Of a stretch of DNA of 64,000 bases, positions 1 to 12,559 are shown piece by piece. Source of the stretch: Macrostomum hystrix. Its lineage: Eukaryota > Animalia > Platyhelminthes. How positions within the stretch are numbered: the first letter of the stretch is position 1; every line of letters starts with the position of its first letter. Made by a program: the position numbers and the translations under genes. The stretch covers positions 16,430,001-16,494,000 of the forward strand of contig CATNEN010000001.1 of the NCBI GenBank assembly GCA_950097015.1, in the 5' to 3' direction. The notes under the pieces were generated by a model. The model had not been told where the DNA came from and did no database searches. It was given only the letters and a program-made list of their open reading frames with translations.

Positions 1-65
1 GTGCTGGCTTCACTTCAGGCACCTCAGAAGTATGCAAAAAGAATTCATACCGCTAAATGTGCTCC

Positions 66-1521
66 TCAACCATCTGTGGACATCTGTGACGGGTCAGTGA
101 TTTGTGTCGACATTGGTAGGCCCGACTGAGTGAAGACTGCAGCGCGCCAGTCTCGAATGAAGGTTATCTGCGGAAACTGGTAATTTGATGAATTTTATTC
201 ATTTAACTTTAGACTGTATAGTTTAGAGGTATACTTATTCATACTTATTCAGGCAAACTTATTCGCTAGCGGGCCAAAGAGAGAATCTAAAAAACAATTT
301 CTACACATTGACTGTAGAAATATGAAATAGGGGTGATGTGAAACAGATAGGGAAGATAAGACAGGAAAAGCTGAGACCGGGGAGAGCTGAAATGATATAC
401 TGTAGGTGTCAGAAGGGGCAACATGCTCCTTTTCAATCTTCAAGATAAATTAAGTTGACGGAGAATTGAGAGCCGCATCTGGTCCGCGGGCGGAGTTTGA
501 CTCATAAAGCTCATAAGCTCATAGCTCATAAGAAAGAAAAAGGAATACTTCTTTGCCTCCACAACGCACTCGTATTTTATTTATGCTCTCGTAGCCCGCA
601 AACATGCGGTCGGAGCACTGCAACACAATTTCATCATGTGCAGCTTGGCTCGCATGCTCAGTTGCTTGGGCATGGACACGGACCGACTCGAAACATCGCT
701 GGCTGGACAGCGCCTCCTCGAACCATTCCGTCAGATCTGAGTCATTGGCATGGAGGTGGCTAACATCTGCTTTAGAGCAGTTCAGCGCAACCGCTTGGCC
801 ATACGCTTGGACCTGGGCCCCTTGAATTTCCAAGGTGTCGCCTACGGCCCAGTTGTTCACCTGAGCCGAGCTGTTTGCCCAGAATGTGCAGGATACGGAG
901 GACGCGGAGTCGTCGACCAGCGTTACTTTGGCCAAGTTGACGGGAGGCCCTCTCTTTCTTTGGACCTCCTTTGGCGGTTCGGTGCTCTTTATCACACCTC
1001 AGATGTCAACTTTCCTGTTTGGGCAGGGCGAAAGTGCACTATTAAGCAGACTGCGTCAGTAATAAAAGACTTGATATATTCTAAAACACTTACTTCTGCA
1101 TGGCAACAGCAGACAGGTCATCAATTTTTTTGTAGACCGCAGGTGGCCGATCCACGCTCTCTTGGGTCGCCATGAGGGTCGCATTCTTGTCTACTGACAG
1201 AGTCATCTCGAACTCGTTGTCAGCAGAATTGTAGGCCGGATTCGCGGACTTCACCCAACCACCAGACACACGTACAGCGGTTGCGTCTTGGCACACGTCG
1301 TGGTGATTTTTTAAGTCGCGACCGAAAACACTCACGCGAATTTCCTTCTGGTCATCCGCCAAAACGAAGGAAAATACCTGGCCGTTTCCTTTGGCGTTGG
1401 TGTAGTCCTTGAGCTCCGTCAGTCGGGACACCAGGCCGATTACAGCACCGTCCATCAGGCCGGGCACGAGAGCCGCGATGCTCAGCTTGCTCTTCTTCGG
1501 AGTTGTGCTGCCGGTTGCCAT
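66..1521 (-). pseudogene. RPA70-like two-OB-fold ssDNA-binding protein, copy 1 (exons 1521-1094, 1014-549, 167-66; in-frame TGA at 1001-999)
   Basis: GQVFSFVLADDQKEIRVSVFG...KSANPAYNSADNEFEMTL resembles RPA70 DBD-A. VTLVDDS..VSCTFW..LEIQGAQV resembles DBD-B. GT-AG introns are at the same positions as in copy 2. The TGA falls where copy 4 has Arg. Confidence 0.85.
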
Positions 1522-2389
1522 TGCTAAAGAGAGATCAAAGAAATTGTATGAAAATTTGTTGAAAAAATGAAAGGAAAAGTTTGAACGGTTGAAAAACGAC
1601 TTAGCTTGAATGCTGATTTAGACAGAGAGAAAGATGGGTTTTAGTTGCAGTTTGACAAGATCAGAGCTATAAAAACAGTTTTCAACGGCCATAAAAGCTT
1701 ATCAGTTTTAATTGCTGTACTTGACAATTTGCACCTGTAATTACACTGCGGTGGAGCAGCGGCTTAAATCTTTGTATTATGAAAGCTACTTTAATTTGAT
1801 AGCTAATCAATTATTGAGATCGGTCCAATAAAAAACTTTTCTCCTGCAAAAACTTATCAGTTTTGATTGGCTGAGCCCGGACAACGTGTACCTGTAACTG
1901 TTCGGACTAAGGTGGGGCAGACGTTAAAATGGTCTGTCAAAACATGGCTTTTTAATCAGATAACAGATAAATTAGTTGAGAAAGCGAAAATGTTCTACCT
2001 GGACATTATTTACGATCTAATTTGATGACAAATTAATTACGTTGGAAAAGCTAAACGTTTTTTACTGGACCATAATCATCTCTTAGACCTACAGCTATAG
2101 CGGTTGCGGTAATTTCGCCTCATTCTACAGCCAATCAGTAAAGCTCAGTAATAAATTACCGCAAAGCTCACCTTTATAACTTAACACCTGATACATGCTG
2201 TACCTGTTAGATCAAAGCCATTAAAGACTAATTTATGTAATTATAACAGCAAACAAAAATGTCAACCCACCCCGCCAAAACTGCGCTCGTGTGCCCCATA
2301 TAAGAGCTCGTAACAAGGCAGCCGCAGCTAGGCTCACATAAAGCATAATAAAATTTCTAAGTCCTGCAGTTCATTTTTCTTGTTATAAA

Positions 2390-2645
2390 ATGAAAATTAT
2401 AAATAACTTTTATGGAAGCCCGGTTGGACGCCGCCGTCGCCGTGGAGGGCAAAAGGGAAAGAAAAATAGTAAGTTTTTTATTTTGCCGATTTTTGTTTTA
2501 TGTGATCCGCAAGCTTATTTGCATTGAGGTATAACTGTTCATGTTATTTTTCTCTTACTCAACAGTTACCTGCTACCTTTGTGCCGGGCCGCATCCGGTC
2601 CGCCGTTGCCCGGAGCTGGCTGAGCAACGGCAGCAGCAGCGGCAG

Positions 2646-2681
<36 letters not shown>

Positions 2682-2693
2682 GAAAAGCAGTAG
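2390..2693 (+). CDS. Small Arg-rich / CX2CX3HX4C zinc-knuckle / polyQ protein, copy 1 (exons 2390-2468 and 2566-2693, 68 aa; not in the ORF track)
   Basis: Spliced translation MKIINNFYGSPVGRRRRRGGQKGKKN-I-TCYLCAGPHPVRRCPELAEQRQQQ... with a 97-nt GTAAG...CAACAG intron. Homologous to the ORFs at 10778, 37414 and 56966. The TAG lies inside the CAG run and may be a premature stop. Confidence 0.75.
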
Positions 2694-3240
2694 CAGCAGC
2701 AGCAACAGCTGTTCTGACTTGGGCGCGGTCTGAATAAAGAAGAAGAAGAAGAAGAAGCAGCAGCAGTACCTAATTTTTTCAAAGGCACTGCCATTTATTA
2801 ACTTTATTAATAATATTAATATTTTTAATATTACTTTAATATTAATAAATAAATATTAATAAATAATAAATCTATTAATAATAAATAATAAATAATAATA
2901 TATAAATATTATTTATTAGCTTGCGACAATATTTTGAGTTATTCTCTTTTGTCATTTACCATACAAAGCTAGACAGTTCATTGTCCAAATATAGACTTAT
3001 TTGGTGCTGATTCAGATGCTTCTGCAGAGTTTGCCACCAGCAAGACCAGAAACCCTGCACAGTTTGATCAAATGGATATATTCTCAGGTGTCAGTCTTTC
3101 TGCTTGCTGGCTTCAAGTCCGCATGGAAGATTGAATTTGAGAAGTCAACTAGCAAGTTTTGCCCCCCTTCGGGGAGCAGAAATACTTTTAATTCATCTAG
3201 TATATACTTTTAGCAGCTGAATTTACAGCTTTTTAAAGCT

Positions 3241-4620
3241 ACAATGAACCCCCAGTTGACAATGATCCCCCAGTTGACAATGATCCCCCAGTTGACAATG
3301 AACCCCCAGTTGACAACGATCCCCCAGTTGACAATGATCCCCCAGTTGACAATGATCCCCCAGTTGATGATGATCCCCCAGTTGAAAATGATCCCCCAGT
3401 TGACAATGATCCCCCAGTTGAGAATGATCCCCCAGTTGACAATGATCCCAAAGTTAACAAAGATCCCCCAGTTCACAATGATCCCCCAGTTGATGAAGTC
3501 TCCCCATTGATGATGATCCCCAGTTAACAATGTTCCTCCAGTTGACAATGTTCCCCCAGTTGACAATGATCCCCCAGTTGATGATGATCACCCAGTTGAC
3601 AATGATCCCCCAGTTGACAATGATCCCCCAGTTGACAATGATCCCCCAGTTGACAATGATCCCCCAGTTGATGATGATCCCCCAGTTGAAAATGATCCCC
3701 CAGTTGACAATGATCCCCCAGTTAACAAAGATCCCCCAGTTCACAATGATCCCCCAGTTGATGAAGTCTCCCCATTGATGATGATCCCCAGTTAACAATG
3801 TTCCTCTAGTTGACAATGTTCCCCCAGTTGACAATGATCCCCCGGTTGATGATGATCACCCAGTTGACAATGATCCCCCAGTTGACAATGATCCCCCAGT
3901 TGACAATGATCCCCCAGTTGACAATGATCCCCCAGATGACAATGATACCCCAGTTGACAATGATACCCCAGTTGACAATGATACCCCCCTTGACAATGAT
4001 ACCCCAGTTGACAATGATACCCCAGTTGACAATGATCCCCCAGTTGGCCATGATCCCCCAGTTGACAATGATACCCCAGTTGACAATGATACCCCAGTTG
4101 ACAATGATACCCCAGTTGACAATGATACCCCAGTTGACAATGATCCCCCAGTTGGCCATGATCCCCCAGTTGACAATGATCCCCCACTTGACAATGATCA
4201 CCCAGTTGACAAAGATCCCCCAGTTGATGATGATCCCCAGTTGATGATGATTCCCCAATTGACAATTATCCCCTAGTTGACCATTACCCCCCAGTTGACA
4301 ATGATCCCCCAGTTCACAATGATCCCCCAGTTGACAATGATCCCCCAGTTGACAATGATCCCACAGTTGACAATGATCCCCCAGTTGACAAAGATCCCCC
4401 AGTTGATGATGATCCCCAGTTGATGATGATTCCCCAATTGACAATTATCCCCTAGTTGACCATTACCCCCTAGTTGACAATGATCCCCCAATTCACAACG
4501 ATCCCCCAGTTGACAATGATCCCCCAGTTGACAATTATCCCCCAGTTTACCTAGATCCTCCAGTTGACGATTATCCCCCAGTTTACCTTGATCCCCATTT
4601 TGATGATGACTCCCCGTTTG
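3241..4620. repeat. 18-bp minisatellite (ACAATGATCCCCCAGTTG)n
   Basis: Direct tandem periodicity; source of the spurious TMIPQL/NWGIIV ORFs. Confidence 0.97.
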
Positions 4621-4644
4621 ACGTTGATTTTTCAAACGCTGTGT

Positions 4645-5372
4645 TAGCCAAGATTCAAACTCAGGTTTCGCCATGTTTTAAACCCTGGTGGGCTATGATT
4701 CAAACTCTCGTTTTACCATGATTCAAACTCTAATTTAGCCATGATTCAAACTCTGTTTTAGCCATGATTTAAACTCTGGTGTAGCCATGATTCAAACTCT
4801 GGTTTCGCCTTGATTCAAATTTAGCCATGATTCAGACTCTAGGTTTGCCATGATTCAAACGTTGGTTTAGCCATGATTCAGACTCTGGTTTAGCCATGAT
4901 TCAAACTCTGGTTTCGCCTTGATTCAAATTTAGCCATGATTCAGACTCTGGTTTAGCCATGATTCAGACTCTGGTTTAGCCATGATTCAGACTCTGGTTT
5001 AGCCATGATTCAAACTCTGGTTTAGCCATGATTCAAACTCTGGTTTAGCCATGATTCGGACTCTGGTTTAGCCATGATTTAAACTCTGGTTTAGCCATGA
5101 TTCAGACTCTGGTTTTGCCATGATTCAGACTCTGGTTTAGCCATGATTCAGACTCTGGTTTAGCCATGATTCAGACTCTGGTTTAGCCATGATTCAGACT
5201 CTGGTTTAGCCATGATTCAGACTCTGGTTTAGCCATGATTTAAACTCTGGTTTAGCCATGATTCAGACTCTGGTTTAGCCATGATTCAAACTCTGGTTTA
5301 GCCATAATTCAAACTCTGGTTTAGCCATGATTCGGACTCTGGTTTAGCCATGATTCAAACTCTGGTTTAGCC
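4645..5372. repeat. 23-bp minisatellite (TAGCCATGATTCAGACTCTGGTT)n, Helitron 5'-subterminal
   Basis: Tandem 23-mers about 620 bp inside the 5' TC end. The same repeat occurs at 25430-26350 and 38330-38830. Confidence 0.95.
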
Positions 5373-7734
5373 GATGTGCTATGATTTATGATATTTTATT
5401 TACGAAATGAAAAAAAATAATATAAAATAGTCTTCAATCACTACTGGCTGAAAATTAGTCTAAATGATTTGACGCAGTGCAGAATCGAACCCTAGCCTAG
5501 CCTAACCTATTCCTAGTGCCTACACATCGGCTATTCCGACTGTTGGTTAGTGGGTGCAAAAATCAGCCTTATAAAATGAATTCTCAAAGTTCTGGCTTTG
5601 TACAATGAAGTAAGAAAATAGAGTACACTTAGTCTCGCGGTTGGTTGTGTACATTTATTTCCAATTTGTCTCCAGAGTGCAGGCTTCAAATTCAATCAGC
5701 TAGGGGTTGTTGCGCAATTTTACGATGCAATTCTAATTCAGCGGCAGTGAGTAAAGTTCTCAATAAGCCAAGATGGTTTGACCTTTGAAAAATCATGTTT
5801 TTCGAATGTTTAATCCCTTTAGCAATAAATTTAAGCTTAATAAAAATTTGTGTATAATTGTCCCCATATTTGGCATCTTTTGGTGAAGAAATGGTGAAAA
5901 TCAGTTGAGCCGTTCGGGAGAAAATCAATTACAACCAACCAACCAACCAACCAACCAACCAACCAAGCGTTTCATTTTTAGTATAGTGGACTAGCAAGTT
6001 TTGCCCCCCTTCGGGGAGCAGAAATAATTAATATTCGTCTAATATATACCTTTTAGCAGGAGTACATTAAGTGTCTTTCTTAAGCTTAAGGTTAAAATAT
6101 GAATTTTTGGAGATCGTTAATAACGCATTTTAGGTAAAACAAAACTATAAACTTTTTACAGTTTTATAGTTTAGAGCTCTGTATATGTCAACGTGTTTGA
6201 TAAAAATATCTTATTTATTTTATTCATAAATCTGTTAAGAGCACTTTTTTACTTAAAATACTTAAAATAAATTAAATGTTATTCCAAGAATTTGCGACTT
6301 TCCGAGAAATGACTTGCTTTATTCCGATTTTCTTGTTGCTTGTATTGCTCATGTGTACTACAGTTTTATACACATCCCGAGAAATTTTTTACTTTCTTCA
6401 TTTGTAAGTGAATTTCTTAGCCCTGCTCATCGTACTAACTGCGACTGCAATGTTCCGAACAATAAGTAGCTCAGCATTGCAACTATTGCCCTTGATTGAG
6501 GCAATAAATGACTTAAAGAGTCAGTTCAATGCAGCTATCTCATTGTGAATGGACTTTGCAAAAGCAACTGGAGCTACATCCTTCGACCTTTGGTTTGACA
6601 CTTTAAATAAAGCTAACATAGGCTATATATAGGCATGATATATGATATATATTATCATGCTAAATTCCCCCTTTCTTTTCTAGTCGCACTCCTCAGCAGA
6701 CTTCTCTTTTCTTATATGCCTCATACACATTGTCAAATCTTATTTTTAATCAAATCCTATATGACATAAAAGTCTATTTCAAATTAGATCCCGTTTTGAT
6801 AGTTCAAAATGGTTAGCTAATATCAATGGCTAATTAAGTATCAATGGAATGGATCAATTTCTAATCTCCTTTCTTTTTCTTAATGATTCCAGTTCTGATC
6901 AGATCCTATTTCTTATCTGACCTCTTTTCTTAGTAATCCATTTTGTATCATTCTTCATTATAAATGCATGCCTGACAATTTATCTTTTAAAATAGAATAA
7001 GGCAGGTACCAGGTGTGCAGATTCATGAATCATGGGACTGGTCTTTGTCCACTGAAACATTTTTTGTATTTCTTCAATTGCAAAACACATTGAAAACAAC
7101 AAAACAACAACAATTGAGTGAGCATCTGACAAATTTATTATTATACAAATACATATCATTATGACGTTATAAGAAAACAAACTCCAAATGTAGAGAATTC
7201 AGTTCAATGAAAAAAGAAAAAATTGCATTGCACCTAAAAATATTACCCACAAACAGTAAACATGATGAACTTGCAGAAGGCTCCGCCAACAAGACAGTAT
7301 CATTGCACAGTTCATTGCATTTGACTGCAAGAATAATGGTGTCAATCCTACTGCTTGTTGGCTTGCTTTACTCTGCACTGCTGGTCAGAGGCATTCACTG
7401 GGGCAAGTTAAGTTCACGCACTCAACGTCACACAAAAAGCTTAGCTATCACAAGAGTCTCTAGGTTTGCTGAAGCTGCTTCAAACCTCTCATGGCTGCAT
7501 ACCCTCAGTTTTAGAGTGGAAGAACCTCTGAATCGTGAAAAAGCAGCGAACACGTTATTTCAACCACAATCTCAAGGCCCATTGATATGCAGCCAACCTG
7601 CTATATATTCACCTAATATTTACCTACATTAATTTCACTATTACTTATTAACTTTCATGGCACAACTAAATTGGGATCCGATTGTATCCGATCCTATTCT
7701 GGCTTGCCTTGATCCCAATCTAGTTATTTAGGAT

Positions 7735-8215
7735 TTAGGATTGGGATCTAAGAGATTCTATGAATTTAGGATTGGGATATAAGAGATTCTATGAATTTAG
7801 GATTGGGATATAAGAGATTCTATGAATTTAGGATTGGGATCTAAGAGATTCTGTGAATTTAGGATTGGGATTCAAGAGATTCTATGAACTTAGGATTGGA
7901 ATCTAAGAGATTCTGTGAATTTAGCATTGGGATCTAAGAGATTCTGTGAATTTAGGATTGGGATCTAAGAGATTCTGTGAATTTAGGATTGGGATCTAAG
8001 AGATTCTGTGAATTTAGGATTGGGATCTAAGAGATTCTGTGAATTTAGGATTGGGATCTAAGAGATTCTATGAATTTAGGATTGGGATCTAAGAGATTCT
8101 ATGAATTTAGGATTGGGATCTAAGAGATTCTGTGAATTTAGGATTGGGATCTAAGAGATTCTGTGAATTTAGGATTGGGATCTAAGAGATTCTGTGAGTT
8201 TAGGATTGGGATCTG
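7735..8215. repeat. 31-bp minisatellite (GAATTTAGGATTGGGATCTAAGAGATTCT(A/G)T)n, short array
   Basis: About 15 copies, with the same unit and the same right flank as the 13220-18472 array. Confidence 0.95.
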
Positions 8216-8529
8216 TTATGCTCAGTTCTGTTATGCCACAAACACAATTTAGCTAAGCAACGATCTCAGTTCTGTTATGCAATGAACCCAATTTAGCTAA
8301 TCATTTTGCCTAGGTAATCCCTGATCTCAATTCCATTATGATCCCATCTAATTTGAATTTATTAGGTGAATAAATCAGGATTTGCCTGATATGTCTCAGC
8401 GGGCCATTTACATATCAGGATAAACTACTTGTGATCACTATTAAACACAGATACCAATGCGACACTGGCAGACAAACATGTACACAAGCAATACTCACGT
8501 TAATTGCATCTTCATTAGTCTTTCAAGTC

Positions 8530-9923
8530 TTACTCGTCCATGTAATCATGTGATGGTCCAGGCTTCTCGGACACATTGGGCGCCTTAGGGGTTGACATAG
8601 CCGGTATCTGCTGACTCCTGTAGATTTGATCTCGAGAAAAAGTCACCTGTGAAAGGAAATTTATATATACCTAATTAATTTTTTTTATTATTGTTTTTTA
8701 AATGCATAAACGTAATCTTTAGAGACAAAAGGCCTCATCGAACCAGTTAATAATGAATCTAAGCAGTCAATCACTTAATGCTTCTTTAGTAGGTTCTCTG
8801 ACATCATGTTACTATTTAACCCACACGAAATAAAATTAACTTACCTCTTTGTCCCCAAATCGCACTCTAATTCTTCGCACCTCATCGAATTGGTTGAACA
8901 TTCGCTCTGGGTACTGCAATACCATTTCGTCGTCACGGATAGCATTTTTCTCCCGCTGGGAGCTTTGCGTCACGCGTAGCTCCTCGAAGCACTGTTGGCT
9001 AGAAACCGCATCCTTGTACCACTGGGTAATGTCGGAGACATCAGCAGAGTCTTCTGGCCAATGCTGAATTTCCGCTTTCGAACATCCGAGACTGATTGTC
9101 TGAGAATATTCCTGGACTTGAGCACCATGAATCGCTAGAACGTCGCCCACAGACCAGTCATTCACTTGGGCAGAAGAGCTGGACCAAAATGTGCACGACA
9201 CGGAGGACCCAGACTGATCAACAAGCGTCACTTTCGCCAGGTTGACAAGTTTTCCGGAACCGGTTTTAACTTCCGTTGGTTTCTGGACAGCAGAAATCGT
9301 GCCATAGACGTTAACATTCCTGAGATATGTGAGGCAAAGGGTGAATTTACAAGAATGCATTAACTCATTCACTAAGCAACTTCACTGACTGATTTAAATA
9401 AGTTTTCCTAGAAATAATTGGCTAACCTAACAATTAGTGCGAATATATATTCCAAATCCTTACCATTTATTTTTAACAATTGCAACAAGTTAACTTACAT
9501 TTTCATTTCACAGTCCGAAATCTCTTTTATCTTCTTATAGCCCGGTGCACGTCGAGTGACGGTCTCGAGGGTCCTCACAATGGTTCCACTTTGGTCAATT
9601 GAAACTGTTAGCTCGTGCTCATTGTCCGTAGTGCTGTACCTGGGATCCGCCTTCTTCACCCAGCCGCCGGATATGCGGACGGCGACGCCCTCACGACACA
9701 CCTCCAGGAAAGGCTTAAGATCCTTTCCGAACACGCTTACACGTATATCGCCGGTGTCGTCACAGAGGATAAAGGAAAACACTTGGCCTGGTCCTCTTTT
9801 GCCTTCAAAGTCCTTGATTTTGGACAGCCTCATTACGAGGCCAACGATTGCAGCGTGCATCAGGCCCGGAAGCAGAGCAGAGATACACGCTTTGCTTTTC
9901 TTGGCTCCTTCGGTTGACTCCAT
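8530..9923 (-). CDS. RPA70-like two-OB-fold ssDNA-binding protein, copy 2, apparently intact (exons 9923-9499, 9319-8845, 8646-8530; 338 aa)
   Basis: GQVFSFILCDDTGDIRVSVFG and LVDQSGSSVSCTFW motifs. Canonical GTAAG/CAG splice sites give an uninterrupted frame ending ...HDYMDE*. Confidence 0.88.
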
Positions 9924-10777
9924 ATTGCTCGATTGATAGTTGTCAAAAATATGGATTATAAAAATTTCACTGATAAGGTCTTTACGGCTTGTGGTTTGAT
10001 AGTTTTAGCATCAAGGCCAATTGTGCCTGTCTATATTGCAGCATTTCGGACAACCCCAACTGTGATGACTCATGCCAATAGAGGGTGCCATGTAAAGATC
10101 AATAATTAGATCTGGCTAACCAATCAGAAAGTGTTTTGTTCTAACATTTCTAATCCACCCACTGGGCTACTTGTTGTGGATTGCCTTAGCCTTTACGTTC
10201 TTTCTTTATGTACAGTGTGGGGTGTCAAAGTCGAGTGTGGTGCGACTTGTTATGTAATCTGTTTTCGACACACTTCATTCAATAATAGGACACCAAAAAC
10301 ATCTTATATCTACAGTGTTATTGGGGTGCAAGTGCGGCGTGTGGCTAGATTGTGGCTAAAAATAGAGGGTTTCAAGTCAGCCAATAGCAGTTGACTGCAT
10401 TCAATAAAAGTTATTTCATTAAAGTGCCACCGCAAGCCCCAACCTAGCGAGACTTTTCAGTAATCATCACAAACAGCTAAAGCCTCATGAAGCTCACCAA
10501 TGAAGCCTTACCCGATTTTAACTGGAGTTGGGGTGGCCCTAAGCTGGAATTCATTTTTGACCAATAAGAAACGGGCTTTAATAAAAATGAAATGAGTTTC
10601 GTTTGGTTTGCAAGGCTTTCAAACCAATCTCGCTAATCCTTGCTTCGCATGAGTGAGCGTATATAAATAAACCAGAGCCTAAAATCTGAAATCTAACCTA
10701 AAATCAAGCACTATACAACGCTTACAACGTTTACAAAGTTTATTACAACGCTATACGCTAAGTTCGCTTTCGCTAAC

Positions 10778-11116
10778 ATGAAGTTTACGCAAAACGTCTT
10801 CTCCGGCGGCGACAGGCGGCGAGGCCGAAGTGGAGGCCAGCGCAGACCTATGGCCTGCTATCTCTGCGCGGGACCACACCCTGTGGCCCGCTGTCCTGTC
10901 GTCGCCGGAGTGCGGCAGCAGCAGCAGCCGCAGCAGCAGCAGCAGCAATTAGAGCAGCAACAGCTTGAGAGACTACAACATGCAACTATGCTGCGACTGC
11001 AGCAGCAGCAGCAGCTCCAGAACCAGCAGCAGCTCCAGAACCAGCAGCAGCTGCAGAACCAGCAGCAGCTCCAGAACCAGCAGCAGCTCCAGAACCAGCA
11101 GCAGCAGCAAAAATAA
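10778..11116 (+). CDS. Small Arg-rich / zinc-knuckle / polyQ protein, copy 2 (112 aa)
   Basis: MKFTQNVFSGGDRRRGRSGG..CYLCAGPHPVARC..(QQQLQN)n, with TATAAATA at about 10662. Divergent from the RPA gene. Confidence 0.78.
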   Translation: MKFTQNVFSGGDRRRGRSGGQRRPMACYLCAGPHPVARCPVVAGVRQQQQPQQQQQQLEQQQLERLQHATMLRLQQQQQLQNQQQLQNQQQLQNQQQLQNQQQLQNQQQQQK

Positions 11117-12559
11117 TATTTACTTAATAAATACTTGATAAATTACTCGATAAATAAATTATATCACTTACTGGACAAATAAAAGTTTCGTGTTGCCTTC
11201 TCTTATTTCTTACTGTAAATGAGAAACTTAATTGACACAGCTCATTGAAATGATCAATTTTGAACCTAAAAATGTATAGCCATGATTCAAACTCTTTTTT
11301 TGGCATGATTCAAACTCAGATTTGCTATGATTTATGATATTGTATTTACGAAATGAAAAAATAAATTAAAATAATCTTCAATCACTACTGACTTAAATGA
11401 CTTAAAAGAGTCAGTTCAATGCAGCTATCTCATTGTGAATGGACTTTGCAAAAGCAACTGGAGCTACATCATTCGACCTTTGGTTTGACACTTTTAATAA
11501 AGCTAACATAGGCTATATATAGGCATGATATATGATATATATTATCATGCTAAATTCCCCCTTTCTTCTCTAGTCGCACTCCTCAGCAGACTTCTCTTTT
11601 CTTATATGCCTCAAACACATTGTCAAATCTTATTTTGAATCAAATCCTATATGACATAAAAGTCTTTTTCAAATTAGATCCCATTTTGATAGTTCAAAAT
11701 GGTTAGCTAATATCAATGGCTAATTAAGTATCAATGGAATGGATCAATTTCTAATCTCCTTTCTTTTTCTTAATGATTCCAGTTCTGATCAGATCCTATT
11801 TCTCATCTGACCTCTTTTCTTAGTAATCCATTTTGTATCATTCTTCAATATTAAATGCATGCCTGACAATTTATCTTTTAAAATAGAATAAGGCAGGTAC
11901 CAGGTGTGCAGATTCATGAATCATGGGACTGGTCTTTGTCCACTGAAACATTTTTTGTATTTCTTCAATTGCAAAACACATTGAAAACAACAAAACAACA
12001 ACAATTGAGTGAGCATCTGACAAATTTATTATTATACAAATACATATCATTATGACGTTATAAGAAAACAAACTCCAAATGTAGAGAATTCAGTTCAATG
12101 AAAAAAGAAAAAATTGCATTGCACCTAAAAATATTACCCACAAACAGTAAACATGATGAACTTGCAGAAGGCTCCGCCAACAAGACAGTATCATTGCACA
12201 GTTCATTGCATTTGACTGCAAGAATAATGGTGTCAATCCTACTGCTTGTTGGCTTGCTTTACTCTGCACTGCTGGTCAGAGGCATTCACTGGGGCAAGTT
12301 AAATTCACGCACTCAACGTCACACAAAAAGCTTAGCTATCACAAGTCTCTAGGTTTGCTGAAGCTGCTTCAAACCTCTCAATGGCTGCATACCCTCAGTT
12401 TTAGAGTGGAAGAACCTCTGAATCGTGAAAAAGCAGCGAACACGTTATTTCAACCACAATCTCAAGGCCCATTGATATGCAGCCAACCTGCTATATATTC
12501 ACCTAATATTTACCTACATTAATTTCACTATTACTTATTAACTTTCATGGCACAACTAA

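Larger units (their letters stand above)
3149..5990 (-). mobile_element. Non-autonomous Helitron unit (2.84 kb; termini plus two minisatellites)
   Basis: 5' TCCACTATACTAAAAATG at 5990, (GGTT)n near the 5' end, 3' hairpin + CTAG at 3149, no credible coding sequence. Confidence 0.88.
5991..11392 (-). mobile_element. Helitron unit carrying RPA-like and zinc-knuckle genes but no RepHel (5' terminus deleted)
   Basis: 3' hairpin + CTAG at 5991. A remnant of the 23-mer and the 5'-subterminal block at 11277-11390 lies directly after the knuckle gene. Confidence 0.75.

Noticed and set aside
3210-4674. Many ORFs with NWGIIV / TMIPQL / LGDHCQ repeats
   Set aside because: They are translations of the 18-bp minisatellite and are open in several frames on both strands.
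6980-7632. Duplicated ORFs (also at 11871-12352)
   Set aside because: AT-rich subterminal DNA. The second copy is frameshifted and no domain is recognisable.
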